From assembly GCA_046758125.1 (NCBI GenBank), contig JBHHZR010000003.1, forward strand, positions 1,875 to 65,874: a stretch of DNA of 64,000 nt, written 5' to 3'. The stretch comes from Nitrosopumilus sp. (GTDB lineage: Archaea > Thermoproteota > Nitrososphaeria > Nitrososphaerales > Nitrosopumilaceae). The position numbers and the translations under genes are program-made. This document shows, piece after piece, positions 40,341-51,218 of this stretch (positions are counted from its first letter, which is position 1; every line of letters begins with the position of its first letter). The notes under the pieces were generated by a model. That model was not told the origin of the DNA. It ran no database searches and worked only from the letters and a program-made list of their open reading frames with translations.

Positions 40341-41276
40341 TTGAAGGACACCTCTATTGTGAAAGTAGTCATTCCATTACTAGCTTTACTTGTTATTTCA
40401 TCAGGATATTTCATCAATGAAGCATTTGCAGAAATTTCTGAAAATCAAGCATTTCTTTTAGAGGGTTCTGGATTTGCAGTAACTGAAGAATCAATCAAAT
40501 TATCTGAAATTGATCTAGGTTTATCTTCTCAAAACCAACGTGGAAGTACAATTAACTTTCTAACCGAAGATGGATTTATCACATTAAATGATGAAGAATT
40601 TGTAATCTCTAATTTAGAAGGGAAATTTTTACGTGAAGGCCGTTATATCAGAATTAATGGAGATATTGAAAGCTCAGGTGGATTTGATACTACAATTAGC
40701 TTCTTTGGAAGACTAGTTGAAGAAAGCAAAGATGCGTCAGTATATGGTTTTACAGGTAGACTAACAACATCTGATGATACTTACAAAATAATTTACACAA
40801 CAAAACTATCTACTCTTTCTAAAATTGATGTAACATCTACAACATCTGAAGAATCAGATAATCTAACAGTTCATATTCTTAGAGGTTCATCGTCTATTGG
40901 AATTTCAGAAAATTATATTGGCACAGGCAGCGTACAAAATACATCAGACCCAACTAGATTAAGATATTTCTCACAAGATAGAATTACAGTAGAACCAGGA
41001 ACCACTATTACAATAGTTAACGATGATGTTGTGTCTCATAATATTATCAGTGGAAAAGAAAACTATAATGATCGTAATAATCCATTTACACCAGATGGAC
41101 GAATTTCAACAGGGGATATTGCTCCAGGTAAATCAATTAACATAACATTTGATGATATGGGATTTTATAGACTGTTTGATCAAGACTATACATGGATGAG
41201 AATCGTGGCATATGTTTTCCCAAATACTGATAGTTTAATTTTTGGTAATACAGGACCAAATCAACAAGGTAACTAA
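40341..41276 (+). CDS. Exported protein with C-terminal cupredoxin-like domain lacking full Cu ligands
   Basis: Signal peptide; ITVEPGTTITIVNDDVVSHNI...IAPGKS.NITF...FDQDYTWM. Confidence 0.7.
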   Translation: MKDTSIVKVVIPLLALLVISSGYFINEAFAEISENQAFLLEGSGFAVTEESIKLSEIDLGLSSQNQRGSTINFLTEDGFITLNDEEFVISNLEGKFLREGRYIRINGDIESSGGFDTTISFFGRLVEESKDASVYGFTGRLTTSDDTYKIIYTTKLSTLSKIDVTSTTSEESDNLTVHILRGSSSIGISENYIGTGSVQNTSDPTRLRYFSQDRITVEPGTTITIVNDDVVSHNIISGKENYNDRNNPFTPDGRISTGDIAPGKSINITFDDMGFYRLFDQDYTWMRIVAYVFPNTDSLIFGNTGPNQQGN

Positions 41277-41989
41277 CGTTCCCATTGCCATCTATAATTC
41301 ATGTATGAATCTAAACTTGTTTGATTAAATACCATTACGGATAAATCAGAAAATTCTCTTCCTTCTAATTCCTTTACAGTTCCCACAAAACTAGTTTCAT
41401 TTTCAGTTGTAATTGACTCAAAAACATGTACTTTCAATTTATCAGTATCAAAATTATGTTTACGAAGATAAACAGCAATTTCTGAGGGCATAAAATGTTT
41501 GTCTGGTTGTTTTGGCCAAGGTCTTGGAACTAAAATAACACTAAACCCATCAATCAATGCCTTTTGTAATTCCAATTTTTTGTCTTCAATAGGAGTTGTG
41601 ACATGCATTGTAATTATTTTAGATTTGTCCAAAGGAACTTTAGCTCTTGATGCAGCAACTTGAATTGAACTGATACCAGGTACAATTTCAACTTCTCCAA
41701 AAATTTCTATTAATCTATCTACAACTTCTGATTCTGAAAAATTCACATCTCCAGTAAATGGAATTACCAATGTTTTATTTTCAAGTTTTGGAAGAATTTT
41801 CTGATAAGCTTCTTCTTGATCACTCATAGTAATTTCATAAACTTCCTTTCCTTCAAGCAAATCTTTTATTGTTTTTAGCGTGTATTTGTAACCAATTACA
41901 ATATCACAATTCTCAATGATCTCTTTTACGATCTCTGTTACATATTTTGAAGAACCAGGCCCAACACCTACAGCGAAAACTTTTCCCAA
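41273..41989 (-). CDS. cbiE: Precorrin-6Y/cobalt-precorrin-7 methyltransferase
   Basis: VGVGPGS, TGDVNFS and VPGISSIQVAASR motifs. Probable TTG start at 41989. Confidence 0.85.
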   Translation of the reverse strand: MGKVFAVGVGPGSSKYVTEIVKEIIENCDIVIGYKYTLKTIKDLLEGKEVYEITMSDQEEAYQKILPKLENKTLVIPFTGDVNFSESEVVDRLIEIFGEVEIVPGISSIQVAASRAKVPLDKSKIITMHVTTPIEDKKLELQKALIDGFSVILVPRPWPKQPDKHFMPSEIAVYLRKHNFDTDKLKVHVFESITTENETSFVGTVKELEGREFSDLSVMVFNQTSLDSYMNYRWQWER

Positions 41990-41991
41990 TT

Positions 41992-42483
41992 TTACTTCGT
42001 AAATGTTTGTCTGTCCTTGATATATTGTACAAAAGGCTTCCAATCCACTTTCATGTATTTTGTAGGCTCTTTTACAGGATATTTTACCCAATCTTGAGCA
42101 ATTGCATATTGAAACTTCTCCCCTTTCCCATCCTTTTCATATTCTAACAATAAAGCACTTCCCCAATCATTATCTTCATAACTAATGTTGAAAATATCAT
42201 CAAATGCTAATTCAATATTTTTTTTATTTTCTAAATCTAGCATAAGTTGTTTTTCATCATATCCATCATGAGTAATCATCGTATTTTTTGATTTGACAAA
42301 ATTAATTACTTGTCTTTGAGTGATAGCCTTCCACCAATTCATCTTAGCTTCTGTTTTATGTATAAATGACAAATGTTTATCAGTTAAGATTAACATGCCT
42401 TCTCTTCCACCAATCGAAAGAAATTTTTTAGATTCTCTCCACACTGAAACTAGATGAGCTTGAATTTTTTCATCAGGTTGCAT
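41992..42483 (-). CDS. Hypothetical protein (possible PH-like fold)
   Basis: EGMLILTDKHLSF and IELAFDDIFNI strands. Confidence 0.6.
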   Translation of the reverse strand: MQPDEKIQAHLVSVWRESKKFLSIGGREGMLILTDKHLSFIHKTEAKMNWWKAITQRQVINFVKSKNTMITHDGYDEKQLMLDLENKKNIELAFDDIFNISYEDNDWGSALLLEYEKDGKGEKFQYAIAQDWVKYPVKEPTKYMKVDWKPFVQYIKDRQTFTK

Positions 42484-42543
42484 ATCGTTGATTTCCGTGA
42501 CTTTGTTAAAAACTAATACAATTGGCTTTTATGTCCCTTTTTT

Positions 42544-44064
42544 TTGAAGACATTATTGTATAGAATATTTCTTGTAATGGTAATATCATTATTTTTTACT
42601 AGTCTTGGAAATCAAACATTTGCTCAATCTGAAAACTTGGTAGTTCTAGAAACAAATCTTGGAAATATTGTAATAGAATTTTTCCCTGAAGATGCACCAA
42701 ACCATGTTGATAATTTCATCAAGTTAGCTGAATCTGGATTTTATGACGGAACACTCTTTCATAGAATAATTCCGGGATTTATGATTCAGGGAGGTGATCC
42801 AAATACGATCAGTGGTGATCCAAATACTTGGGGAATTGGTGGTACATCAGAAAGAGTCAATGCTGAATTTAACACAATTAAACATAATCGTGGAGTTGTT
42901 TCAATGGCAAGATCAGCTGATCCAAACAGTGCTGGTTCTCAATTTTTTATTGTTCATAAAGATTCTAACTTCCTTGATGAGCAGTATACAGTGTTTGGTA
43001 GAATTGTAACTGAAGAAAGTTTTGAAACACTTGATAAGATTGCATCAGTTGAAACAGATGATAAAGATAGACCCACAAACCCTGATCAGGTAAGAATTAC
43101 AAAAGCATCAGTAGTTAATCGTTCTGAAGTTTCAAATCTTCTAGAATTATCAGAACCTGAACGTACATTATCAACCTCTAATTCTCCTATTGGAAATCAA
43201 AAATTTGAAAGTACAGAACTTAATGTTGCATTTAGTGCCCCTGAAGGTTGGTTATTACAACAACCAGATAAAACAGGAGAAAATTCTCCTGATGTTGTTG
43301 CAGTAGGGCCAAAAGTGGGAGTTATGAATCCAGTAATTTCATTAACAGTTCAGCAGACTAATCAAAGAACTCTTGATGATCTTATTTCAGAAAAAGCGGC
43401 AACATTAAAAGAAGTAATAGACTCAGGAAATTTGAATATTCTTTTACAAAAAAAGATAACTGTAAATGGAAATCAAGCCTATGAAACTAATGCAGAAGGA
43501 TACTTTTCATCTAACGGCCAAAACTTCAACATAAAATTCAAAGAAATTATGATTTATGACAATGAAAGATTCTATACACTTGCATACAGTAATAGTTTAA
43601 CTGATTTTGATTCTCAACTTCCAAGATTTGAAGAAACACTTGATTCGTTTGAAATATTGTCCAAAGACACGTCAAATCCTATTACTGATAAAGAAGACGG
43701 AGGATGCCTCATTGCAACTGCAACATTTGGTTCTGAACTTGCACCACAGGTACAGCAACTCAGAGAACTTCGAGATAACACCATACTATCAACTGAATCT
43801 GGAACTGCATTTATGGCTGGATTCAATCAATTCTACTACTCTTTTTCACCCGCAGTAGCTGATCTAGAACGTGAACAGCCAATCTTCAAAGAAGTTATGA
43901 AAGTAACACTAACTCCAATGCTATCATCATTGTCTTTGTTAAATTATGTAGATATTGATTCTGAACAAGAGATGCTTGGATATGGGATCTCCTTAATTAT
44001 ACTAAATATTGGAATGTATTTTGTAGCGCCTGCAATAATCATCTATAAAATTAGAAAAATCTAA
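42544..44064 (+). CDS. Exported cyclophilin-type peptidyl-prolyl isomerase with PsbP-like middle domain and CFI-box-type C-terminal domain
   Basis: FHRIIPGFMIQGGDP, SMARS and GSQFFI motifs; GGCLIATATFGSELAPQVQQLRELRD plus a C-terminal TM helix. Confidence 0.88.
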   Translation: MKTLLYRIFLVMVISLFFTSLGNQTFAQSENLVVLETNLGNIVIEFFPEDAPNHVDNFIKLAESGFYDGTLFHRIIPGFMIQGGDPNTISGDPNTWGIGGTSERVNAEFNTIKHNRGVVSMARSADPNSAGSQFFIVHKDSNFLDEQYTVFGRIVTEESFETLDKIASVETDDKDRPTNPDQVRITKASVVNRSEVSNLLELSEPERTLSTSNSPIGNQKFESTELNVAFSAPEGWLLQQPDKTGENSPDVVAVGPKVGVMNPVISLTVQQTNQRTLDDLISEKAATLKEVIDSGNLNILLQKKITVNGNQAYETNAEGYFSSNGQNFNIKFKEIMIYDNERFYTLAYSNSLTDFDSQLPRFEETLDSFEILSKDTSNPITDKEDGGCLIATATFGSELAPQVQQLRELRDNTILSTESGTAFMAGFNQFYYSFSPAVADLEREQPIFKEVMKVTLTPMLSSLSLLNYVDIDSEQEMLGYGISLIILNIGMYFVAPAIIIYKIRKI

Positions 44065-44240
44065 GACTGATTTGATTTTTTGAAAGTATGATGAACATAC
44101 ATCATCACAACTATTCCAATTGCAATTACAATAATTATTGTAACATTGTTTGTAAGATTTATTCGAAAAAAATCTAATAAAAAAATTATAACTAACGATA
44201 ATGCTCCAATTAAGAGAATTCTATCTCTAAAAACACTCAA
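44061..44240 (-). CDS. Two-TM small membrane protein (59 aa, absent from the ORF track)
   Basis: TTG-start ORF MSVFRDRILLIGALSLVIIFLLDFFRINLTNNVTIIIVIAIGIVVMMYVHHTFKKSNQS; 4-bp convergent stop overlap like neighbouring genes. Confidence 0.55.
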   Translation of the reverse strand: MSVFRDRILLIGALSLVIIFLLDFFRINLTNNVTIIIVIAIGIVVMMYVHHTFKKSNQS

Positions 44241-44292
44241 TTTTTTCCATTTTTTTATTTCAAAAAATATTTGATATAATGATTTTTCCTAA

Positions 44293-45651
44293 TTACCAAA
44301 CATCGTCTACTTCATCAAGTACCTTGTATTCTTTCTCGGTTTCACGTTTCATCAATTTCAATCTAGAAATATCTCTATCGAAAAACAAATCTATTGTCCA
44401 ATCAAGCAACACTCTGAATTTTTTTTCAAAAGTTGAAATTTTTGAAAGATAGACATTTCTCCAAATCAACCATGCCCAAAATCCAGAGATATTCATTCCC
44501 AAAAATGTAGCAATGCCTGATCTCTTACCAATTATTGCCATTTGTCCTTTTGAATGGTACTCAAATTTTTCTTTTTCAGATTTTGTAATCAATGCTGCCA
44601 AATTTTTAGCTGCAATTTTTGCTTGAGCTTCTGCAATTTGTGCAGTAGGAGCAAATGGTCTTTTTGTTTCAGGATCTAAAAACAGTGCACAATCCCCAAT
44701 TGCAAAAACTCCAGGAAAATCTTGAACTTCTAGATAATCATTGATGATTACTTTTCCTTTATCTGTCTTGAACATTGTTCTCTTGATTGTATTAACAGGA
44801 GTTACACCTGCAGTCCAAATCAAAGTCTTTGTTCTAATTACATCAATTATCGATTCATCTATTGGATCTTTTGGATTCTGATCTATTGATTTTGTTGTTA
44901 CCTCATGTCCATCAAAACTAGTTATTGCAGTCTTTAATCTAATATCAATTCCCCTATCTGTCATTTTCTCTTTTGCAAATCCTGCTAATTTTTCATTAAA
45001 ACCTGGTAAGATCATTGGTAATGCTTCTATTACAACAACTCTGAGATCTTCTTTGCGAATAGTTGGATAGTGCTTTCGTGCATCCAAAAGAAGATCCATT
45101 AATTCTCCTGCAGTTTCAATTCCTGCAAATCCCCCCCCTGCTACTACAAAGTTAAGAAAACTTTTTCGAAGAATTGGATTAGTCTCATTTTCTGCTTGTT
45201 CAAGCATATCAATTATTCTATTTCTTAAAACTACAGCATCATTGAGAGTTTTCATTGTATATGCATTTTTTTCAACATCTGCCATTCCAAAGAAGTTCGT
45301 CTCACTACCAAGTGCAATTACCAAAAAATCATAATGAATTGAAATACCTCGTTTATCTCCAGTTCCCCATAAAGTTACTATCTTTCCATGAGGATCGATA
45401 TTTTTGATTCTTCCTTCATAGAACTTTGTTTTTTTACATATTGTTCTGATAGGCAAAACTATGTGTCTGGTTTCAATCATTCCAGATGCTACTTGCGGCA
45501 ACATCGGAGTAAATAGTAAAAAATTATCTTCACTTACCATAACTAATTCCATTTCGGGATCATTTCCAAACTTTGCCTCTAATTGTCTGGCACATTCTAC
45601 TCCAGCAAAGCCTCCCCCCAAGATCACAATTTTTTTCTTGTTTCTAGCCAA
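44293..45651 (-). CDS. ndh: Type II NADH dehydrogenase-like FAD oxidoreductase
   Basis: GGGFAG twice, FTPMLPQVASG, IGDCA and HSKGQMAIIG motifs. Probable TTG at 45651. Confidence 0.85.
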   Translation of the reverse strand: MARNKKKIVILGGGFAGVECARQLEAKFGNDPEMELVMVSEDNFLLFTPMLPQVASGMIETRHIVLPIRTICKKTKFYEGRIKNIDPHGKIVTLWGTGDKRGISIHYDFLVIALGSETNFFGMADVEKNAYTMKTLNDAVVLRNRIIDMLEQAENETNPILRKSFLNFVVAGGGFAGIETAGELMDLLLDARKHYPTIRKEDLRVVVIEALPMILPGFNEKLAGFAKEKMTDRGIDIRLKTAITSFDGHEVTTKSIDQNPKDPIDESIIDVIRTKTLIWTAGVTPVNTIKRTMFKTDKGKVIINDYLEVQDFPGVFAIGDCALFLDPETKRPFAPTAQIAEAQAKIAAKNLAALITKSEKEKFEYHSKGQMAIIGKRSGIATFLGMNISGFWAWLIWRNVYLSKISTFEKKFRVLLDWTIDLFFDRDISRLKLMKRETEKEYKVLDEVDDVW

Positions 45652-45716
45652 TTGTGTCCTTCCCACAAAATGGTTGAATATATGCTATGAGATAATTTCA
45701 CAAATTTTGAGAATTA

Positions 45717-46385
45717 TTAGGTTCTCAGAATATCCGAATGCAAGATATCATATGCTCTTGCAGCATCTTTCTCATTAAGAATAATTGTGATATTATCTTG
45801 GCTGAAAAATGCATTTACCAGTTCAATTCCATTAACATGAAGTACCTCAGCAACATAAGAAACAACATCTGATTGATTCTGAGAATTTGGTATCAAGATT
45901 CGAATTTTTGCTAAACCTGTACTAAACATTTCATCTTTGTTTGAAATATTATTGAAGATCTGTCTAATGTCTTCCATATCTTCAGCAAGGAATCTAAAAG
46001 AATCAGATAATCTAAAAAACTCATAATTGCTAGTTACCTTCGAGAATTTATCTAGAATTGCCATAGGATCCATCTCATCTGAATCCTTTGTTGAAAATTT
46101 AATATCCATGATTCCATCAGTTAGTGCTAATCGTGCATTTTTCAAAACTGATTCTTCTTTAACTTCTTGCTTGTTATCAAATGAATCTGCATATCTTTTG
46201 ATTGCAACTACTACCGTATTGAGATTCACAGAGTTTCCTAGAATCTTTTCAATCTTTGGTTGAATCTTTACAGCTAATGCTGTATAGTTTATCAAATCCA
46301 TCTTCATACAATCATAAATTGAACGATTTCTGGTGATAATCTCCCTCACAACTTCAGGTACAGATACACTTGAAACTCTCATCAA
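45717..46385 (-). CDS. ACT-domain protein
   Basis: N-terminal LINYTALA helical domain; C-terminal ACT-like VVSYVAEVLHVNGIELV. Confidence 0.75.
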   Translation of the reverse strand: MMRVSSVSVPEVVREIITRNRSIYDCMKMDLINYTALAVKIQPKIEKILGNSVNLNTVVVAIKRYADSFDNKQEVKEESVLKNARLALTDGIMDIKFSTKDSDEMDPMAILDKFSKVTSNYEFFRLSDSFRFLAEDMEDIRQIFNNISNKDEMFSTGLAKIRILIPNSQNQSDVVSYVAEVLHVNGIELVNAFFSQDNITIILNEKDAARAYDILHSDILRT

Positions 46386-46480
46386 GATTATTATAATATG
46401 TCACTTATAATAGGATTATGTAAGAAATCAATGAATATATAATAATCTTTATATAATGTCATACACATTACATACTATAG

Positions 46481-46984
46481 GTGAATATGACAATGTTCTT
46501 TGATAGCGAATTTGATAGAATCTTCAAAAAAATGTCAAGCTCTTTTTTTAACATAGATGACATGTTTGAGGAATTCAAAAGCGATTCTGGTTCTGGTCCA
46601 TATTATTACGGTTATACAATGACTGTTGGTCCAGACGGAAAACCTGTAGTAAAGGAGTATGGAAATGTCAAACCAGGCCTTCCACAAAAAACTTCTGATG
46701 CAAGAGAACCAGTTGTAGATACAATTGTTGATGAAAAAGAAAAGGTAGTAAAACTCATAGCTGAAATGCCAGGAGTTGAAAAGACCGATGTCAAAATTGT
46801 TGTAGACAACAAAACTGTAGATATTTCTGCAGAACATGATGACAAAAAATATCATGCAAAAGTTCCTGTAACCCATAAAGTTGATGAGAACTCTGCAAAG
46901 GCTTCTTACAAAAATGGAATTTTAGAAGTTGTCTTCAAACAAGTTGAAGAAAAACCAACTGGAAAAACGGTGGAGGTTGAATAA
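46481..46984 (+). CDS. hsp20: Small heat-shock protein (Hsp20)
   Basis: AEMPGVEK and ASYKNGILEV alpha-crystallin motifs. Confidence 0.93.
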   Translation: MNMTMFFDSEFDRIFKKMSSSFFNIDDMFEEFKSDSGSGPYYYGYTMTVGPDGKPVVKEYGNVKPGLPQKTSDAREPVVDTIVDEKEKVVKLIAEMPGVEKTDVKIVVDNKTVDISAEHDDKKYHAKVPVTHKVDENSAKASYKNGILEVVFKQVEEKPTGKTVEVE

Positions 46985-47012
46985 ACCCCACATTAATTTT
47001 TGAGGTGAAAAA

Positions 47013-49151
47013 ATGAGTGAAATAGTTTTAAAAATTGAGGAAATTCCACAACAACACGTTGGAAGAGGAAGAGCTATTGTTGATCCTAAAATCATTGAAG
47101 AACAAAAATGGAATACAGGACAAATATTAGAATTAACATATAACAAAAAAACCCACGTAAAACTTTGGCCAGGTGTACCTGAAGAATATGGAGCAGGTAT
47201 TATCAAAATTGATGGAATTACAAGACAAAATATTGGAGCAGGAATTGGCGACAAGATTTCATTAAAATCAGTTGAAGCTGTAGAAGCTGAACAAATTGTT
47301 TTATCTCCAACTGAAAAGATTGCAGCCGAAGGATTACAAGAATACATGATTTACAATTATCTTAATCATGTCTTTACAACAGGAGATTCAATTTCTCTAA
47401 ACACACAGATGGGAGGTAGAGTTCAGTTTATTGTAACTAGTACCAAGCCATCAAAACCAGTAATTGTTACTGAAAAAACATTTTTCAAACTTGGTTCTAT
47501 GACCAAAGCAGTTGATTCATCTTATCCAAGAATCACATATGATGAACTTGGAGGTCTCAAAAATGAGGTTCAAAAAATCCGTGAGATGGTAGAATTACCT
47601 ATGAGACATCCAGAGTTGTTTGACAAAATAGGAGTAGAGGCTCCAAAAGGTGTCTTATTGTATGGTCCACCTGGAACAGGAAAGACATTGCTTGCAAAAG
47701 CAGTTGCAGGAGAGACTAATGCACACTTTACTTCGCTTAGTGGTCCTGAAATTATGGGTAAATACTATGGAGAAAGCGAAGAGAAAATCAGAGAAATTTT
47801 CAAACAAGCTGAAGAAAACTCACCAAGTATCATATTCATTGATGAGATTGATTCTATTGCTCCAAAAAGAGATGAGGTTTCAGGAGAAGTAGAAAAGAGA
47901 ATTGTTTCTCAACTCTTAACATTAATGGATGGAATGAAGTCTAGAGGAAAAGTTGTAGTAATTGCAGCAACTAACAGACCCGATTCAATTGATCCTGCAC
48001 TTCGAAGACCAGGTAGATTTGATAGAGAAATTGAAATTGGAATTCCTGATGAGGAAGGAAGATTTGAGATTCTTTCAATTCATACACGTGGAATGCCAAT
48101 TGATGAAAAAGTAGATCTTAAACAAATTTCAAAGACTACACATGGATTTGTAGGAGCAGATCTTGAAGTATTATCCAAAGAAGCTGCAATGAGATCTCTT
48201 CGTAGAATTCTTCCTGAGATTGATCTTGATGAAGACAAAATTTCTTCAGAAATTCTTCAAAAGATCCAAATTTCTAGTGAAGACTTTAGAGATGCATTAA
48301 AAGAAGTTAGACCAAGTGCACTGCGAGAAGTTCAAGTTCAAATCCCAAATGTCAGTTGGGATGATGTTGGAGGTCTTGATGAATTAAAAGAAGAACTTCG
48401 TGAGGCAGTTGAATGGCCTATTAAATACAAAGAAGCATTTGATTATGTTAATGTAGACACTCCAAAAGGAATTTTGCTTCATGGTCCACCTGGAACTGGC
48501 AAAACACTAATTGCAAAAGCATTAGCAAAAATGACTGAATCTAATTTTATTAGCATTAAAGGTCCTGAACTTCTTTCAAAATGGGTTGGTGAATCAGAAA
48601 AAGGAGTTAGAGAAATTTTTAGAAAAGCACGACAAGCAGCACCATGTATTATCTTCTTAGATGAAGTCGATGCACTTGTTCCACGAAGAGGCAGTGGTTC
48701 TGAATCACATGTTACAGAAAATGTCGTATCTCAAATTCTAACTGAGATTGATGGACTTGAAGAACTACATAATGTATTGATAATTGGTGCAACTAACCGA
48801 TTGGATATAGTAGATGAGGCGTTATTAAGACCAGGCAGATTTGATAGAATAATCGAAGTTCCAAACCCTGATTCCAAAGGAAGACAACATATCTTTGAGA
48901 TTCATACCAAAAAGAAACCACTTGCAAGTGATGTAAACATTGCAAAACTTGTAGAATTAACAGATGGTTTCAGCGGTGCCGAAATTGCAGCAATTGCAAA
49001 CAGAGCAGCAATAACGTCTCTAAAAAGATACGTTAGTGGAAAATCTCAAAACGTTAAAGATATCAAGATAAAACAACAAGATCTAATTGATGCAATAGAT
49101 AAGGTAAAACCTAGAAAAAAAGAACAACCTCTAGCTCAATCCATAAAATAG
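47013..49151 (+). CDS. cdc48: CDC48/VAT-family AAA+ ATPase
   Basis: N-domain plus two AAA modules (GPPGTGKT twice, LRRPGRFDR). Confidence 0.96.
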   Translation: MSEIVLKIEEIPQQHVGRGRAIVDPKIIEEQKWNTGQILELTYNKKTHVKLWPGVPEEYGAGIIKIDGITRQNIGAGIGDKISLKSVEAVEAEQIVLSPTEKIAAEGLQEYMIYNYLNHVFTTGDSISLNTQMGGRVQFIVTSTKPSKPVIVTEKTFFKLGSMTKAVDSSYPRITYDELGGLKNEVQKIREMVELPMRHPELFDKIGVEAPKGVLLYGPPGTGKTLLAKAVAGETNAHFTSLSGPEIMGKYYGESEEKIREIFKQAEENSPSIIFIDEIDSIAPKRDEVSGEVEKRIVSQLLTLMDGMKSRGKVVVIAATNRPDSIDPALRRPGRFDREIEIGIPDEEGRFEILSIHTRGMPIDEKVDLKQISKTTHGFVGADLEVLSKEAAMRSLRRILPEIDLDEDKISSEILQKIQISSEDFRDALKEVRPSALREVQVQIPNVSWDDVGGLDELKEELREAVEWPIKYKEAFDYVNVDTPKGILLHGPPGTGKTLIAKALAKMTESNFISIKGPELLSKWVGESEKGVREIFRKARQAAPCIIFLDEVDALVPRRGSGSESHVTENVVSQILTEIDGLEELHNVLIIGATNRLDIVDEALLRPGRFDRIIEVPNPDSKGRQHIFEIHTKKKPLASDVNIAKLVELTDGFSGAEIAAIANRAAITSLKRYVSGKSQNVKDIKIKQQDLIDAIDKVKPRKKEQPLAQSIK

Positions 49152-49181
49152 TCTAAATACTAAGGAAAATGATACAAAACA

Positions 49182-49400
49182 ATGAAACTCTATCTTGACT
49201 TTGATCCATGCCAGGAATGCAATACCATGATGGCAGAACTAAGCAGCCCTGAGATGCTGTTTGCAGATGAAAAAACTAGAGCAGATGAATCTGCAAAATT
49301 TCTTAGACATCTAACGTATAATCATAACGAAGTAGTTCAAGCTGTTATGGATGATCTTCCAAAACAAAAAAGAGATCAAGAACCTGATTTCTACAAGTAA
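49182..49400 (+). CDS. Small hypothetical protein (CxxC...H...H)
   Basis: 72-aa ORF co-oriented after cdc48. Confidence 0.65.
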   Translation: MKLYLDFDPCQECNTMMAELSSPEMLFADEKTRADESAKFLRHLTYNHNEVVQAVMDDLPKQKRDQEPDFYK

Positions 49401-49476
49401 TTTTCTTTTCCATTCTTAAAAATTAGTAATCATATTCATATACGAAATTGTCTTAATGTTCTTAGGAAATTATAAA

Positions 49477-49911
49477 ATGAAATATTATCTTGTTTTTGGT
49501 TTAGTGACAATTCTTCTTACAACTAGTTTACAGTCTAGTTTTGGAGTTGAAACAGAACAAGAACCGCAACCACCAGAAATTCCAGAACCCTCCCCAGAAC
49601 CAGAACCAATTAGAAAATCTACACCTGAACCTGTACCTGATCCATTTCCAGGTGAGACTGAATCTGAAAAAATAAAACGATTAACTGAAGAAATTGACAA
49701 AGTAAAACAAGAAAACACAAATCTTCAAGGACAAATATCAACTCTAAAAAATGATAAATTAAGATTAGAATCTGAAATATCAAAACTCAATGAAACTATT
49801 GAAAGTCTTAAAGAAATTACAATGGAACAAATTCGAGTAATTATGGATCTAGTAAATCAGCTTAAGGATGTATTATTTGAAAAAATATTTTCTCCTACAA
49901 TTAACTTGTAG
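49477..49911 (+). CDS. Exported protein with Pro/Glu linker and coiled coil
   Basis: Signal peptide from the ATG at 49477 (track start 49456), PEPSPEPEP linker, heptad repeats. Confidence 0.65.
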   Translation: MKYYLVFGLVTILLTTSLQSSFGVETEQEPQPPEIPEPSPEPEPIRKSTPEPVPDPFPGETESEKIKRLTEEIDKVKQENTNLQGQISTLKNDKLRLESEISKLNETIESLKEITMEQIRVIMDLVNQLKDVLFEKIFSPTINL

Positions 49912-49927
49912 GATTTTTTTGCACATT

Positions 49928-50848
49928 CTACTCAATTAGCTTTAATGTTTTCTTAATCAAAACTGCTCTATTTCTTATTGTAACATCGCTTACTCCAGAT
50001 TCTACTGAAAACTTCTTTTGGCTGATCTTTTCACCATTCATTATACATGAAATATACAATGAAGCCGCAGCTTGTGCTACAGGGTGTTTTCCAGCAGTAA
50101 TTTGCTCTTTTTCACAGCGTTCTAGAATTTTAAATGCATCTCGTTTGCTTTTTTCTTTCAAATTCATATTGTTTGAAATTTTTGAGATAAACGAAGCAGT
50201 ATCGTATTGATTAAGATTTAATCCAAGCTTTTTGATTATGGTTCTCAAATCTCGGGAAAGTATTCTTCTTTCTACATTTCCAGCATCTGCGATATCATCT
50301 AATGTTCTTGGAATGTTGTTCTCTCTACATGCTGCATACAATGATGCTGAGACCAACGATGCCATTGTTCTTCCTCTAGTTAGTTTTGCACTAACTGTTT
50401 TTCTATAGATATACGCAGCATTCTCTACAACATTATCTGGGATTCCTAACTTTGTTTTCATTGCATGAAGTAAAGTAAAGGCTTTGCTTAAAGTAGCAGT
50501 TTTTCTTGATTTGCTTCTCTGATCCCATGTTCGTAGTCTATTGAATTCATATTTTGTTTTGCTAGATAATGCCTTTCCAGTAGAATCTTTATTGGTTCCA
50601 ATTACAGTTGATAATCCCTTATCATGCATTGTTAATGACGTAGCAGGACCTGTTCTTGTCAACTTCATAAAGTCTTCCTGAGTGTAACCGTTGCTTTCAT
50701 ATGATGTATCAGCTATGTTTTGCACTAGAATAAGCCCGCATCCACCACAAACAATTTCTCCTCTTTCAGAATCTGTAATTGCAGGATAGGTTTTGCAAGT
50801 ATCTAGTTGACACTTGACATCATAATCACTTGAATAATTTTCTACCAC
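49928..50848 (-). CDS. tfb: Transcription initiation factor IIB paralogue
   Basis: Zn ribbon, cyclin repeats (LTRGRTM...ASLYAACR), VTIRNR. Confidence 0.92.
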   Translation of the reverse strand: MVENYSSDYDVKCQLDTCKTYPAITDSERGEIVCGGCGLILVQNIADTSYESNGYTQEDFMKLTRTGPATSLTMHDKGLSTVIGTNKDSTGKALSSKTKYEFNRLRTWDQRSKSRKTATLSKAFTLLHAMKTKLGIPDNVVENAAYIYRKTVSAKLTRGRTMASLVSASLYAACRENNIPRTLDDIADAGNVERRILSRDLRTIIKKLGLNLNQYDTASFISKISNNMNLKEKSKRDAFKILERCEKEQITAGKHPVAQAAASLYISCIMNGEKISQKKFSVESGVSDVTIRNRAVLIKKTLKLIE

Positions 50849-51026
50849 TGTTACATAACAATAGTGATTTTAAAATAAAAATAATTTGTTTCAGGTAATT
50901 TTGTAATCAAAATAAAACTTTACAAACAAAAAATTCCTCAATTTTTCTAAAAATCTAATTCTTGTTTGTAATACAACACACATTGTAATAAATGTTAAAA
51001 ATCAAAAATAGATTTTTTTAAGAAAA

Positions 51027-51218
51027 TTATTTCTTAATTGATTCCAAAGAATGTCCACGATTTGTAATCATTTGAGTAACTGCTTCTACAGTATAATCAA
51101 TTCCATGTTCTTCTTCAAAATGGTCTCTTAATTTTTCAATCAATCCTAAAGTTTTTTCTTCATCTAGAGTATAATCACACTCAAAACCATAGTCTTCACA
51201 TCTTAGTTTAAGGGTCAT
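51027..51218 (-). CDS. DUF1059-like small metal-binding protein
   Basis: LRCEDYGFEC...HFEEEHG. Probable ATG at 51218. Confidence 0.75.
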   Translation of the reverse strand: MTLKLRCEDYGFECDYTLDEEKTLGLIEKLRDHFEEEHGIDYTVEAVTQMITNRGHSLESIKK

